A stretch of DNA of 64,000 nt, taken from an uncultured Acidimicrobiia bacterium (GTDB taxonomy: Bacteria > Actinomycetota > Acidimicrobiia > Acidimicrobiales > AC-14). The notes beneath the pieces were generated by a model, which was not told the origin of the DNA, did not search any database, and saw nothing but the letters and a program-made list of their open reading frames with translations. Made by a program: the position numbers and the translations under genes. Shown piece by piece: positions 25,621-35,551 of this stretch. Each line of letters begins with the position of its first letter. Within the stretch, counting starts at the first letter, position 1. The stretch covers positions 288,001 to 352,000 of the forward strand of contig CAWIIV010000015.1 of NCBI GenBank assembly GCA_963836205.1. Reading direction: 5' to 3'.

Positions 25621-26403
25621 TTACGCCGGTTCGCGCTGAGGCTCGGCGAGCTTGCCCCGTAGCTGGATCACGGCCTTGGTGTGGATCTGGCACACCCGGC
25701 TCTCGGTGATCCCCAGGACGTCGCCGATCTGCCCAAGGGTGAGACCCTCGTAGTAGTAGAGCGTGAGGACGATCTTCTCCCGCTCCGGAAGCCGGTTGAT
25801 GGCAGCGGCCAGGATCTGCTTGGTCTCCTGGACCTCGAACGCGCCGACCGGGCCCAGCCCGGGGTCGGGGATGGTGTCGCCGAGGGTGACCGACTCGCCC
25901 CGGTCGGCGCCCACGCTCAGGGTCTCCTCCAACGCCACCAGTCCGAAGAAGGAGATCTGGCCGTAGACGTCGTGCAGCTCGGCCTCGGTGGTGCCCAGCT
26001 CCTCGGCCACCTCGGCGTCGGTGGGGTTGCGGAGCAGCTCGTGCTCGAGCTTGGTGAACGCCTTCTCGACCGTCCGGGCCTTGGCCCGCAACGAGCGCGG
26101 CACCCAGTCGACCGAGCGCAGCTCGTCGATGATGGAGCCTCGGATCCGCGACATGGCGTAGGTCTCGAACTTGTTGCCCCGGCCCGGGTCGAACTTCTCG
26201 ATGGCATCCATCAACCCGAACATCCCGTAGCTGACCAGGTCGGCCTGCTCGATGGTGTGGGGCAGGCCCGCAGACAGCCGGCCGGCGACGTACTTCACCA
26301 GCGGCGAGTAGTGGACGACCAGGCGGTTGCGGGTGTCGAGCGTGCCGGTGCTCTTGAACGCGTCCCAGAGGCGGTCGATCCCAGCAGGTTCGGTCGAGTC
26401 CAC
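25621..26403 (-). CDS. whiG: FliA/WhiG family sigma factor
   Basis: DLVSYGMFGLMDAIEKFD, IIDELRSVDWVPRS, ESRVCQIH. Confidence 0.93.
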   Translation of the reverse strand: MDSTEPAGIDRLWDAFKSTGTLDTRNRLVVHYSPLVKYVAGRLSAGLPHTIEQADLVSYGMFGLMDAIEKFDPGRGNKFETYAMSRIRGSIIDELRSVDWVPRSLRAKARTVEKAFTKLEHELLRNPTDAEVAEELGTTEAELHDVYGQISFFGLVALEETLSVGADRGESVTLGDTIPDPGLGPVGAFEVQETKQILAAAINRLPEREKIVLTLYYYEGLTLGQIGDVLGITESRVCQIHTKAVIQLRGKLAEPQREPA

Positions 26404-26409
26404 GGGTTC

Positions 26410-27285
26410 CTAGGCTCGGGGGTGGGTGGCGTCGTACACCGTGCGCAACCGCTCCTTGCTGACGTGAGTGTACAGCTGGGTCGTCGCCAGATCGGCGTGA
26501 CCGAGCAGCTCCTGCACGGCGCGGAGGTCGGCGCCACCGTCGAGGAGGTGGGTGGCGAAGGTGTGACGGAGGGCGTGGGGATGGGTGGGGTTGGCGGCCC
26601 GGCGGTCGAGGATGCGACGGGTGTCGCGGGGCGACAGCGGGCGACCTCGCCGGTTGAGGAACAGGCTTTCGTCGGGTGTGACGCCGGCCACGACCAGGGC
26701 CGACCGCCCGTGGGCCAGCCACGCCCGCACCGCGTCGGCCGACGGCTCGCTCATGGGGACCTGGCGCTGCTTGGAACCCTTGCCCCACACCGTGACCACC
26801 GGCCGCTCGGGGTGGAGGGTGAGGTCGGACAGGCGCAGGCCGCACAGCTCCCCCACTCGCAGGCCACTGCCGTAGAGCAGCTCGATCACGGCCACGTCGC
26901 GCACGGCGACGGGGTCGTCGAGGGATGGGGTGCGCAGGAGGGTGTGGAGCTCGGCCGGCCGCAGGACGTGGGGCAGGCGGGCGTCGCCCCGGGGTGCCGA
27001 CAGGCGGGTCGACGGGTCGGCGGGAATGGCGCCCGTGCGCCGGAGCCATCCGAAATAGCGGCGGAGGGCAGCCGCCTTGCGGGCGATGGACCGGCGGGCG
27101 AACCGGCGGGTTGCCAGGTAGGCCAGGTAGCGGCGCAGGACCAGGCGGTCGACGTCGGCCGGCCCGGCCAGGCCGGCCCGCTCCGCCCAGGTGACGAATT
27201 GGGAAACGTCGTCGGCGTAGGCGACGACCGTGTTCGCCGATACCGCCGACAGGGACCGCTCGAACGCGTCCTGTTCCCAGCTCAC
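26410..27285 (-). CDS. xerC: Tyrosine recombinase XerC
   Basis: [34 protein letters not shown]...TTQLY; after dprA. Confidence 0.92.
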   Translation of the reverse strand: MSWEQDAFERSLSAVSANTVVAYADDVSQFVTWAERAGLAGPADVDRLVLRRYLAYLATRRFARRSIARKAAALRRYFGWLRRTGAIPADPSTRLSAPRGDARLPHVLRPAELHTLLRTPSLDDPVAVRDVAVIELLYGSGLRVGELCGLRLSDLTLHPERPVVTVWGKGSKQRQVPMSEPSADAVRAWLAHGRSALVVAGVTPDESLFLNRRGRPLSPRDTRRILDRRAANPTHPHALRHTFATHLLDGGADLRAVQELLGHADLATTQLYTHVSKERLRTVYDATHPRA

Positions 27286-27368
27286 CGCACCACGGTACCG
27301 GCCACGGGCGCAGAACTGCCACCAAGGGTGGTCGGCACCACCACCGGAAGTGGGACGGGAGCCGCAAC

Positions 27369-28673
27369 CTAGCCACGGCCGGTTCGCTCCCACCAGCCGT
27401 GACGGCAGGCGGCCCACCCGTCACGCTCCAGGTGGGCGAGGGCGACCATGACCTGGCCGGGCGACAGACCACTGCGCAGGACGACCCCCTCGAGGCTGGC
27501 CGGCTCCCACCCGAGGGCGTCGAGCACCACAGTCTCCACCGGTCCGGGCGGCGGCCGGCGCTCGACTTCCGCCGCCGTCGATCCCGGGCCGGCGGTGGAC
27601 AGGCCCAGCGCCACCAGGACGTCGGTGGCGTCGCGGGCGGGTGGGCAGCCATCGGCGAGGAGGGCGTTGGTGTAGGCCGAGGCCGGGCTGCGGACCGAGC
27701 CGGGCACGGCCATGACCGTGCGGCTCCGCTCGGCGGCTGCATCCACCGTGTAGCGAGACCCGCCCCGGACGTGGGACTCCACCACGACCACGACCTCGGA
27801 GAGGGCGGCGATCACTCGGTTGCGCACCGGGAAGCGCCACGGCTCGGGGGCGGCACCGAGGGGCGCCTCACTGACGAGGAGTCCGGCCGCGGCCACGTCG
27901 GCCCACAGTTGCGCGTTGCGACGGGGATAGACGATGTCGACGCCGCTCCCCACGACAGCGATCGGCGGCGCGCCCCGGGCCGCCAGCGCCCCCGAGTGAG
28001 CGGCCCCGTCGACACCCGACGCCAGGCCGGACACCACCCTGACCCCGCTGGCGGCCAGGTCGCAGCCGAGCTCGTGTGCCATCTCACGGCCGTACCGGGT
28101 ACATCGCCGGGTGCCCACGATGCCGACCCGCCGGCCGTCGAGGGCAGCCGGATCGCCTCGGTGAAAGAGGACGCCGGGCGGCTGATGGTCGTCGGCGAGG
28201 ACGGCCGGGTACCGGTGCCCCCCGAAGACCATCACACCCACCCCGGCGCCCAGATGACGGAGCCAGAGGTCGGCGACGTCGACGGTGGCCGCTGCCCGCC
28301 GCCACAACTCGGCGACATCGGCGTCGTCGTCGTGACCCCGCCCCTCGCCCACCCGCCGCCACGCGTCGGCCGGCGACCACCGCCCGAGGAGGGCGACCAG
28401 GCGCCGATGACCCATGGCGGGCAATCCCGCGAGGGCAGCGGCGAACGCCTCCTGCGGCAGCGGAGTCGCCCCGTCGGCGGCGCGGGCGGACGACGCGGCG
28501 GGCGCCCCGTCGGCGGCGTGGGCGGACGACGCTGCGGGCGCCCCGTCGATGCCCGGCGCCCGAGGTGGCGTCCCATCTGCGGCGGGAGGAGATCCTCCGA
28601 CCGGCAACCCGTCATCGAGGCGGGAGCCGGCCACGGGCGGCACCTCCGAGGGCACCGACATCGGCCAGGTCAT
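27369..28673 (-). CDS. dprA: DNA-processing protein DprA
   Basis: [32 protein letters not shown]. Confidence 0.93.
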   Translation of the reverse strand: MTWPMSVPSEVPPVAGSRLDDGLPVGGSPPAADGTPPRAPGIDGAPAASSAHAADGAPAASSARAADGATPLPQEAFAAALAGLPAMGHRRLVALLGRWSPADAWRRVGEGRGHDDDADVAELWRRAAATVDVADLWLRHLGAGVGVMVFGGHRYPAVLADDHQPPGVLFHRGDPAALDGRRVGIVGTRRCTRYGREMAHELGCDLAASGVRVVSGLASGVDGAAHSGALAARGAPPIAVVGSGVDIVYPRRNAQLWADVAAAGLLVSEAPLGAAPEPWRFPVRNRVIAALSEVVVVVESHVRGGSRYTVDAAAERSRTVMAVPGSVRSPASAYTNALLADGCPPARDATDVLVALGLSTAGPGSTAAEVERRPPPGPVETVVLDALGWEPASLEGVVLRSGLSPGQVMVALAHLERDGWAACRHGWWERTGRG

Positions 28674-30184
28674 GCCGCCACCTCCGTGGGGATGACCTCC
28701 GCTCGCAGACCGAGGGCCAGGCAGACATGGTCTTCGTCGACGACATCGCCCGCACCGGCCAGGTCGGCGATGGTGCGAGCCACCCGCCGGATCCGGTGGA
28801 GCCCGCGACCGCTCAACGTGCCCACTCGGAGGCGATGCTCGAGGATGGCCAAGGCTGCCGGCGTGAGGGGGGCAACCTCGTCGAGGGCCGCGGCCGGCAC
28901 CTCGGCGTTGCACTTCACCCCCCGGGTCCGAGCCCGTTCCCTCGCCGCCGCCACCCGGGCGGCCACCACCTCGGTCGACTCGCCCGGCGGTCCACCGAGG
29001 AGGTCGGCGACATCGGGCCGGGACACCATCACCCGCAGGTCGAAGCGGTCGAGGAGCGGGCCCGAGAGGCGCCGGTTGTACCGCTGGCGAACCGTGTCGG
29101 GGCATCGGCAGGCGCCCTCGGGCCCGGCCTCGCCGCACGGACACGGATTGGTTGCGCCGACCAGCAGGAAGCGGGCGGGAAAGGCGACGCTGGCGCGGGC
29201 TCGACTGACCCGGACCACGCCCTCCTCGAGCGGTTGCCGGAGGGCGTCGAGCACCGTGCGGGGGAACTCGGCCATCTCGTCCAGGAACAGCACGCCGAGG
29301 TGCGCCTGGCTGATCTCTCCCGGCCGCATCCACGCCGTGCCACCGCCGATGAGGGCGACCGACGATGCCCCGTGGTGTGGGGCCCGGAACGGCGGCTCCA
29401 CCACCAGTCCGCCCGGAGGCAGCGGCTCGCCGGCGGCCGAGCGGATGGTGGTGGCGGCCAGGGCGTCTTCGCCCCCGAGCGGCGGGAGGAGGCCCGGTAG
29501 ACGGCGGGCGAGCATGGTCTTGCCCGCGCCCGGCGGCCCCGACAGGAGGAGGTGGTGGCCCCCGGCGGCGCTGATCTCGAGGGCGGCCCGGCCCACGGGC
29601 TGGCCCCTCACGTCGGCCAGATCGGGACTGGCCACCATCGGGCCGGTGGGCGGCGACGATCCCGGCGGCTCGGGCCACGGGTCGTGTCCCCGGAGGCAGG
29701 ACACCAGTTCGGCCAGCCGGCCGGCGGCCCGCACCCGCACCTTGCCGACCACCGTCGCCTCGGCCACGCAGTCGACCGGGACGACGACCACCCGGGCGTC
29801 GAGGGCTGCCACCATCGGAACGACGCCCGGGACCCTGCGCAACGACCCGTCGAGACCGAGCTCGCCGAGGAAGGCGCAGCCGGCCACCGCCTCCGGATCG
29901 AGCTCGCCCGTGGCCACCAGCAGGCCGATGGCGATGGCAAGGTCGAGGCCGGGGCCGACCTTGCGCAGGAGACCGGGGGCGAGGTTGACCGTGACGCGTT
30001 TCATGGGCCAGGTCAGCCCGCTCGACAGCAGTGCGGCCCGGACCCGGTCGCGCGCCTCCCGGCACACCGGGTCGGGCTGGCCGACGAGCGTGAAGCCGGG
30101 CAGCCCGGACGACACGTGGACCTCGACGGCGACCGGGCGCCCCTCGACACCGAGCAGGGTCGCGGACGGGATGGTGGCGAACAC
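28670..30184 (-). CDS. comM: YifB/ComM Mg-chelatase-like AAA+ ATPase
   Basis: GPPGAGKTMLA, PFRAPHH, NPCPCG, LSGPLLDRFD. Confidence 0.95.
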   Translation of the reverse strand: MFATIPSATLLGVEGRPVAVEVHVSSGLPGFTLVGQPDPVCREARDRVRAALLSSGLTWPMKRVTVNLAPGLLRKVGPGLDLAIAIGLLVATGELDPEAVAGCAFLGELGLDGSLRRVPGVVPMVAALDARVVVVPVDCVAEATVVGKVRVRAAGRLAELVSCLRGHDPWPEPPGSSPPTGPMVASPDLADVRGQPVGRAALEISAAGGHHLLLSGPPGAGKTMLARRLPGLLPPLGGEDALAATTIRSAAGEPLPPGGLVVEPPFRAPHHGASSVALIGGGTAWMRPGEISQAHLGVLFLDEMAEFPRTVLDALRQPLEEGVVRVSRARASVAFPARFLLVGATNPCPCGEAGPEGACRCPDTVRQRYNRRLSGPLLDRFDLRVMVSRPDVADLLGGPPGESTEVVAARVAAARERARTRGVKCNAEVPAAALDEVAPLTPAALAILEHRLRVGTLSGRGLHRIRRVARTIADLAGAGDVVDEDHVCLALGLRAEVIPTEVAA

Positions 30185-30336
30185 GGGCAGGCTCCTCGCG
30201 TGGACAGCAAGGCGGGCGAGGGCCGTGACGCCGGCCGGCTCGAACGGAGCGACCCAAGACTATCCGGGGGGTGGGACAGGAACCCGACGGAGCCGGCCGG
30301 AGACCGAAGTCACGGGGTCCGCGTGCCTGCAAGACG

Positions 30337-30975
30337 AACTGGTGACATGGCCAGGCATGGCGGACGATCAGCCCAACTGGTGACACGGCCAGGCATGCTG
30401 ACCACCGCTTGCGTCACCAGAAGACGAGTGACCTGGCTGGCCAGCGGATGGGTGCGCGGGGCAGCTTCGTGCCCGTGCGGCTGCGGGACCTGACCGACGG
30501 AGGAAGCTGGTGGAGGAGCGGGGCGGGAGACGCAGCGGATAGAAGCTGCTCGAGGACGCGGGGATCAAGCTCGACTCGGTGGCCCCGAGTGCTGGGGAAG
30601 CGGGCGGGGGATGCTGGAGGCGCTCATGGACGGGGAGCGCGACGCGGAGGTGTGGCGGACGTGGCGGGAGGGGATGCGGCGCAAGATGGGGAGCTGCGTG
30701 GGGCGTGGGGGGCTTCGAGAGCACACGCGCTGATGTGGATGCACTGGGGCATGTGGACGAGCTCAGAGGCGATGGGAGCGGCTCGACGAGGGAGGTCGAG
30801 CGGTATCGCTTCGCTGAGAAGAAAGCTCGACCGGAGGGCGGGTCGGCGGGCCAACTGGTGACAGCGCCAGGCATCGCGGACCACCGTTTGTGTCACCAGT
30901 TCGACCGGAGGGCGGGTCGGCGGGCCAACTGGTGACGGGCCCAGGCATGGCGGACCCCCGATACCGTCACCAGTT
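30337..30975. repeat. Cluster of REP-like palindromes (arms start at 30337, 30375, 30853, 30927)
   Basis: AACTGGTGAC...GTCACCAGTT units; linker TCGACCGGAGGGCGGGTCGGCGGGCC occurs twice. Confidence 0.9.
30421..30825 (+). mobile_element. Heavily degraded internal fragment of an IS110-family transposase
   Basis: Fragments in shifting frames: RGSFVP, LRDLT, KLLEDAGIKLDSVA, MLEALMDGERDAEV, MRRK. Confidence 0.75.
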
Positions 30976-31045
30976 CGTCCGGGCCCGACGGCCGACCGGC
31001 CGGCGCGTGCGTCGCCCCGCCGCGGAGTGGGACAGAATGCCGGGC

Positions 31046-31156
31046 GTGGGGTTCAATCCGTTCCGGCAACAACGGCGGCGGCCGTCGGACTACGTGTTGG
31101 TGGCGGCCGCCTTCGTGGTTGTGGCCGTCCTCCTCGCGTGGGCGATGATGGGCTGA
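31046..31156 (+). CDS. Small single-TM protein (36 aa)
   Basis: GFNPFRQQRRRPSDYVLVAAAFVVVAVLLAWAMMG; CAGAAT -10-like box upstream; TGATG overlap with rpiB. Confidence 0.6.
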   Translation: MGFNPFRQQRRRPSDYVLVAAAFVVVAVLLAWAMMG

Positions 31157-31611
31157 TGCGTATCGCCCTCGGATCCGACCACGCCGGCTACCGCCTGAAG
31201 ACGGTCATCGCCGCCGCCCTGGCCGAGAAGGGCCACGAGGTCGTCGACTGCGGCACCGACTCCGAGGACTCCGTCGACTACCCCAGGTTTTGCGCCGCCG
31301 CCGCCCGCGAGGTCACCGCCGGTCGGGCCGACCGGGCCGTCGTCATGGGCGGCAGCGGCCAGGGCGAGCAGATCGCGGCCAACAAGGTCCACGGCGCCCG
31401 GGCCGCCCTGTGCCACGACGAGTGGACCGCCCGCATGTGCCGCCTGCACAACGACGCCAACGTCCTCGCCCTCGGCGCCCGCCAGCTCGCCGACGCCTTC
31501 GCCCTCCTCCTCGTCGACATCTTCCTCGAGACCGAGTTCGAGGGCGGACGCCACCAGCCCCGCCTCGACCAGCTTCGTGACATCGAGAACGAGGAGTGCG
31601 CCGGCGCCTAG
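31156..31611 (+). CDS. rpiB: Ribose-5-phosphate isomerase B
   Basis: GSDHAG, DYP, GGSGQGEQIAANKV, HNDANVL. Confidence 0.95.
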   Translation: MRIALGSDHAGYRLKTVIAAALAEKGHEVVDCGTDSEDSVDYPRFCAAAAREVTAGRADRAVVMGGSGQGEQIAANKVHGARAALCHDEWTARMCRLHNDANVLALGARQLADAFALLLVDIFLETEFEGGRHQPRLDQLRDIENEECAGA

Positions 31612-31952
31612 AACGCGGCCTGGATGACCTCGATCTCGTCGGCCAGCACCGAGGCCACGTCGAAGCGGATCTCGGCCGCGGGCGACGGTGACTCGTCGAG
31701 CCAGCGGGCCGCCAGCACCCGGATCCTCTGCTGCTTCTGCCGACCCACCGCCTCCGCGGGCAGCCCGAAGGCGTCGGAGGACCGGGTCTTCACCTCGCAG
31801 AACACCACCAGGCCCCCCCGCCGCAGCACGAGGTCGAGCTCACCGGCTCGACACCGCCAGTTGCGGTCGACGACCCGGTAGCCCCGCTCCTGGTACCAGG
31901 CGGCCACCGCCTCCTCGCCACCGACACCGAGCGCTCGTCGAGCCTGCGTCAC
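31608..31952 (-). CDS. yraN: YraN (UPF0102) family endonuclease
   Basis: RNWRCRAGELDLV, FCEVKTR, IRFDV. Confidence 0.93.
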   Translation of the reverse strand: MTQARRALGVGGEEAVAAWYQERGYRVVDRNWRCRAGELDLVLRRGGLVVFCEVKTRSSDAFGLPAEAVGRQKQQRIRVLAARWLDESPSPAAEIRFDVASVLADEIEVIQAAF

Positions 31953-31963
31953 CGCGCCAGACC

Positions 31964-32260
31964 TTAGGCGTCCCGGCGGATCTCCTCGATGTTGACGTCC
32001 TTGAACGTCACCACCCGCACCGACTGCACGAACCGGGCCGGACCGGGACGGTAGATGTCCCACACCCAGGCGTCGCGCAGGCGCAGCTCGAGGTGGTTGC
32101 GGGCGTCGCCGTCGTGCTCGGTGAGCTCCACCGAGTTGGCCAGGTAGAACCGCCGTTCGGTCTCGACCACGTACGAGAACAGCGGGAGGACGTCGCGGTA
32201 CTCCTTGTACAGCTGGAGTTCCATCTCGGTCTCGTAGCGTTCGAGGTCCTCTTCGCTCAT
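31964..32260 (-). CDS. DUF2469 family protein
   Basis: MSEEDLERYETEMELQLYKEYRDV...VETERRFYLAN...DAWVWD. Confidence 0.93.
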   Translation of the reverse strand: MSEEDLERYETEMELQLYKEYRDVLPLFSYVVETERRFYLANSVELTEHDGDARNHLELRLRDAWVWDIYRPGPARFVQSVRVVTFKDVNIEEIRRDA

Positions 32261-32294
32261 GCCCGCAGTGTACGAGGGGGCTGCCCTCTACCGG

Positions 32295-32972
32295 CTACAA
32301 GAACGCCCAGTCGGGAATCGGCCAGAGCTTCACGAAGGCGCGGCCGACGACGTCGGACTCGGGGATGGGACCGAACACGCGGCTGTCGGACGAGTTCTCC
32401 CGGTTGTCGCCCATCACCCACAACTGCCCCTCGCCCAGCACCACCGGTGGAAAGTCGCGGGTGGTGGGACCCTGGGGCAGGTAGGGCTCGACCAGCTCCC
32501 GGCCGTCGACGAACACCCGCCCGCCACGGCCCTCGACCCTCTCCCCGGGCAGGGCGATCACCCGCTTGATGTACTCCTCGGTGGACGGCGTCGACAGGCC
32601 GATGGACTCGAGGATGCCCTTGACGATCTTGTTCGGCAGCGGCCGGTCGTCCTTGACGTCGGGCTGGTTGGGCGCGTCGAAGACGACGATGTCGCCCCGG
32701 TTGGGATCGTGGATGCGGTAGGCGATCTTGGACACGACCACCCGGTCGCCCACGTTCAACTGCGGGATCATCGACCCCGACGGGATGAAGAAGGCCTGGG
32801 CGACGAAGGTCTTGATGAGAAACGCTATGAGCATCGCCGTGCCCACCAGCACCACCGCCTCGCGCAACAGCCGGCCGGAAGCGGACACACGGTCGCGCGC
32901 CTGGAGGTTGGACTGGTTCGTCAGACCCACATTGTCGGCCTTGTCGGGGCCCGCCATGTCGGGGCCAGCCAT
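32295..32972 (-). CDS. lepB: Signal peptidase I
   Basis: IPSGSM, YIKRVIALPG, GDNRENSSDSR. Confidence 0.95.
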   Translation of the reverse strand: MAGPDMAGPDKADNVGLTNQSNLQARDRVSASGRLLREAVVLVGTAMLIAFLIKTFVAQAFFIPSGSMIPQLNVGDRVVVSKIAYRIHDPNRGDIVVFDAPNQPDVKDDRPLPNKIVKGILESIGLSTPSTEEYIKRVIALPGERVEGRGGRVFVDGRELVEPYLPQGPTTRDFPPVVLGEGQLWVMGDNRENSSDSRVFGPIPESDVVGRAFVKLWPIPDWAFL

Positions 32973-33008
32973 ATCTGGGTCGGGGCGGGGATCAGGAGCG
33001 GTGGCGGC

Positions 33009-33359
33009 TCAGCGAGCCGTGCGCTTCTCCTTGATCTTGGCCGCCTTCCCCGTGAGGTCACGGAGGTAGTAGAGCTTGGCCCGGCGAACGTCGCCCATGG
33101 TGACCAGCTCGATGCGGGACAGGATGGGCGAGTGGACGGGGAACGTGCGTTCCACGCCGACGCCGAAGCTCACCTTGCGGACGGTGAAGGTCTCCCGGAT
33201 ACCGGACCCCTGGCGGCGGATGACCGCCCCCTGGAAGACCTGCACCCGCTCCCGGTTTCCCTCGACCACGCGCACGTGGACCTTGACGGTGTCGCCCGGT
33301 CCGAAGACCGGGATGTCGTCGCGCAGGCCGTCGCGATCGATGATGTCGGTGGGGTTCAT
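33009..33359 (-). CDS. rplS: 50S ribosomal protein L19
   Basis: [32 protein letters not shown]. Confidence 0.97.
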   Translation of the reverse strand: MNPTDIIDRDGLRDDIPVFGPGDTVKVHVRVVEGNRERVQVFQGAVIRRQGSGIRETFTVRKVSFGVGVERTFPVHSPILSRIELVTMGDVRRAKLYYLRDLTGKAAKIKEKRTAR

Positions 33360-34126
33360 GGCGCGAACGGCTCCTGAGCAGGGTTTCCCGGGTCGGCACC
33401 AGGATAGCCCAGGCCAAACATCTCCAGCAGGGCCTCCTCGTCGGCCGTCAGGCCGCCCCGCGCCGCCAGCAGGTCGGGCCGGTTGGCCCGGGTGCGGGCC
33501 AGGGCCTGGGCGTGGCGCCACCGGGCGATGCGGCCGTGGTCGCCCGAGCGGAGGACCTCGGGGACGGGCCATCCCCGGAACTCGCCCGGGCGGGTGTACT
33601 GCGGGTATTCGAGCAGGCCGGAGGTGAACGACTCGTCGCCGGCCGACGCCTCGTTGCCCATGACGCCCGGCACCAGCCGGGTGACGGCCTCCACCACCAC
33701 GAACGCCGCCGCCTCCCCCCCCGCGAGGACGTAGTCGCCGATCGAGAGCTCGCCGTCGACCAGGTGGCGGCGGACCCGCTCGTCGACCCCCTCGTAGCGC
33801 CCGCACAGCAGCGAGAAGCCGGGGGACGCGGCCAGCCCGGCGGCCAGGTCCTGGTCGAAGGGGCGCCCTCCCGGGTCGAGCAGGAACAAGGGCCGGGGCG
33901 GCTGCACCGCCTCCACCGCCGCGAAGACGGGCTCGGGCGCCAGGACCATCCCCGGGCCCCCGCCGAAGGGCGAATCGTCGACCGAGCGGTGGCGGTCGGT
34001 GGTGAAGTCCCGCAGGTCGTGGACCCGTACGTCGAGCACCGCCCGCTCCCGCGCCCGCCCCAGCAGACTGCCCGACAGGGCCGGCTCCAGGATCTGGGGC
34101 AGGACGGTGAACACGTCGATCCTCAT
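33356..34126 (-). CDS. trmD: tRNA (guanine-N1)-methyltransferase
   Basis: [42 protein letters not shown]. Confidence 0.97.
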   Translation of the reverse strand: MRIDVFTVLPQILEPALSGSLLGRARERAVLDVRVHDLRDFTTDRHRSVDDSPFGGGPGMVLAPEPVFAAVEAVQPPRPLFLLDPGGRPFDQDLAAGLAASPGFSLLCGRYEGVDERVRRHLVDGELSIGDYVLAGGEAAAFVVVEAVTRLVPGVMGNEASAGDESFTSGLLEYPQYTRPGEFRGWPVPEVLRSGDHGRIARWRHAQALARTRANRPDLLAARGGLTADEEALLEMFGLGYPGADPGNPAQEPFAP

Positions 34127-34308
34127 GGCCGCATCGCCGCCACTCTGGACCTAAGAAAGGTTCCGTGCATCACTGCCCCCAAAACCGCGCTCGGCTTGCT
34201 AGTTTGTGCGCCACATCAAACGGCTCAGCCTCAGGTCGTCTTGTACGTGCTGGGGACTCCTGACCGTCACCTCCCGGCGGAGGGGCGGGACGGAAGGAGG
34301 TGAAATAC

Positions 34309-35475
34309 ATGCAGACAGAGAGCAATCGATCGTTCGTCAAGGCCACGCTGGCCGTTGCGGCCGGGATCGTGGCGGTGTTGGCGATGATGATCTTCGGGTC
34401 GTCGAGCGCCTACGCCGACGCGACCAGCGGCGACTCCGGCGACTCCGGGAACACCGGTGACGCCTTTGCCCTGGGCGAGGCCGGAAGTGGGGCCGCGTCC
34501 GGCGCCTCTGCCGGGTCCAACTCCGGTTCGGGCGGCAGCGGCGGCGCCTCCAACATCATCATCGTCGGCGTCGCCGGCGGTGACGGTGGCAGCGGCGGGG
34601 CGGCCATCTCGGCGGCGGCCGGCGGCGGCCCGGCGGCCAACACCGGCACCGGCATCGCAGTCGGTGGCCCCAGCGTCGCACTCAGCGAGAGCAACGGGGG
34701 CGACGGGGGCGACGTCACGGTCAACGTGAGCCCGACGGCCACCTCCGGAAGCTCGGGGGCGGCATCGTCGCAGTCCAGCGCCACCAACAGCGGTGACACC
34801 GGCGACGCCACGTCGAGCGCCACCTCGTCGCCAGTCGCCATCTCCGGCGACTCCGGTTCCACCGGGAACACCGGGGCGGCGACGTCCAACCCCACTGCCG
34901 TCAACACCGGCATCCTGGGGGCGGCCATCGCCATCGGCGGTGACGCGACGTCCGGCAACTCGGGCAGCTCCGGCTCTACCGGCGACGCTGTCGCGGTCGG
35001 CTTCGCCGACAGCGCGGCCAACTCGGGGGTCGGGGCCAACTCGGTCGCCCGGTCGGGTAACACCGGCTCGGTGAACAACCTCATCGGCGTCTTCGCCGTC
35101 GGGGGTGACGGTGGCAACGGAGGAGTCTCCGTAGCCATCGCCGGTCCGGGTGGTCCGGCTGTGAACCTGTTGGGGCCCGGCATCGCCATCGGCGGGCCGA
35201 GCGTCAGCCTCAGTGAGGCCAACGGGGGCGACGCAGGCAACGTGACCGTCACCGCTAGCCCGGTGGCGACATCCGGGCATTCCGGTGCGAGCACGGCGCA
35301 ATCCAGCGCCACCAACTCGGGCAACACCGGTAACGCCAACTCCACGTCCGTGGGCTCGCCCCACGCGACGACAGGTAACTCGGGCGGCACTGGCTCCTCG
35401 GGGCCGGCATCGTCCAGTCCCACGGCAACCAACACCGCACTCCTGCTGGGCTTCGCCATAGCGTTCGACCCGTAA
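34309..35475 (+). CDS. Secreted Gly/Ser/Ala/Thr/Asn-rich protein made of two ~175-aa tandem repeats
   Basis: GGAGGTG RBS; Sec signal ending SAYA; each repeat begins DATSG(D/N)SG and ends AIA. Confidence 0.85.
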   Translation: MQTESNRSFVKATLAVAAGIVAVLAMMIFGSSSAYADATSGDSGDSGNTGDAFALGEAGSGAASGASAGSNSGSGGSGGASNIIIVGVAGGDGGSGGAAISAAAGGGPAANTGTGIAVGGPSVALSESNGGDGGDVTVNVSPTATSGSSGAASSQSSATNSGDTGDATSSATSSPVAISGDSGSTGNTGAATSNPTAVNTGILGAAIAIGGDATSGNSGSSGSTGDAVAVGFADSAANSGVGANSVARSGNTGSVNNLIGVFAVGGDGGNGGVSVAIAGPGGPAVNLLGPGIAIGGPSVSLSEANGGDAGNVTVTASPVATSGHSGASTAQSSATNSGNTGNANSTSVGSPHATTGNSGGTGSSGPASSSPTATNTALLLGFAIAFDP

Positions 35476-35502
35476 AGGTCGAAATCAAGAACGTGCAGCA
35501 AG

Positions 35503-35533
35503 ACGGAGGCCTCCTTGTGACGGGGGCCTCCGT
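35503..35533. terminator. Hairpin terminator between convergent genes
   Basis: ACGGAGGCCTCC ... GGGGGCCTCCGT. Confidence 0.75.
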
Positions 35534-35551
35534 CGCGTTCCGCCTTCGGAT

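Noticed and set aside
26410-27285. Prophage or integron integrase
   Set aside because: The dprA-xerC context and sequence fit housekeeping XerC; no att sites or cassettes seen
27399-30383. Long antisense/shadow ORFs (also 1146-2996, 17609-19594, 21480-23552, 60083-62866)
   Set aside because: High-GC artefacts overlapping well-supported genes on the opposite strand
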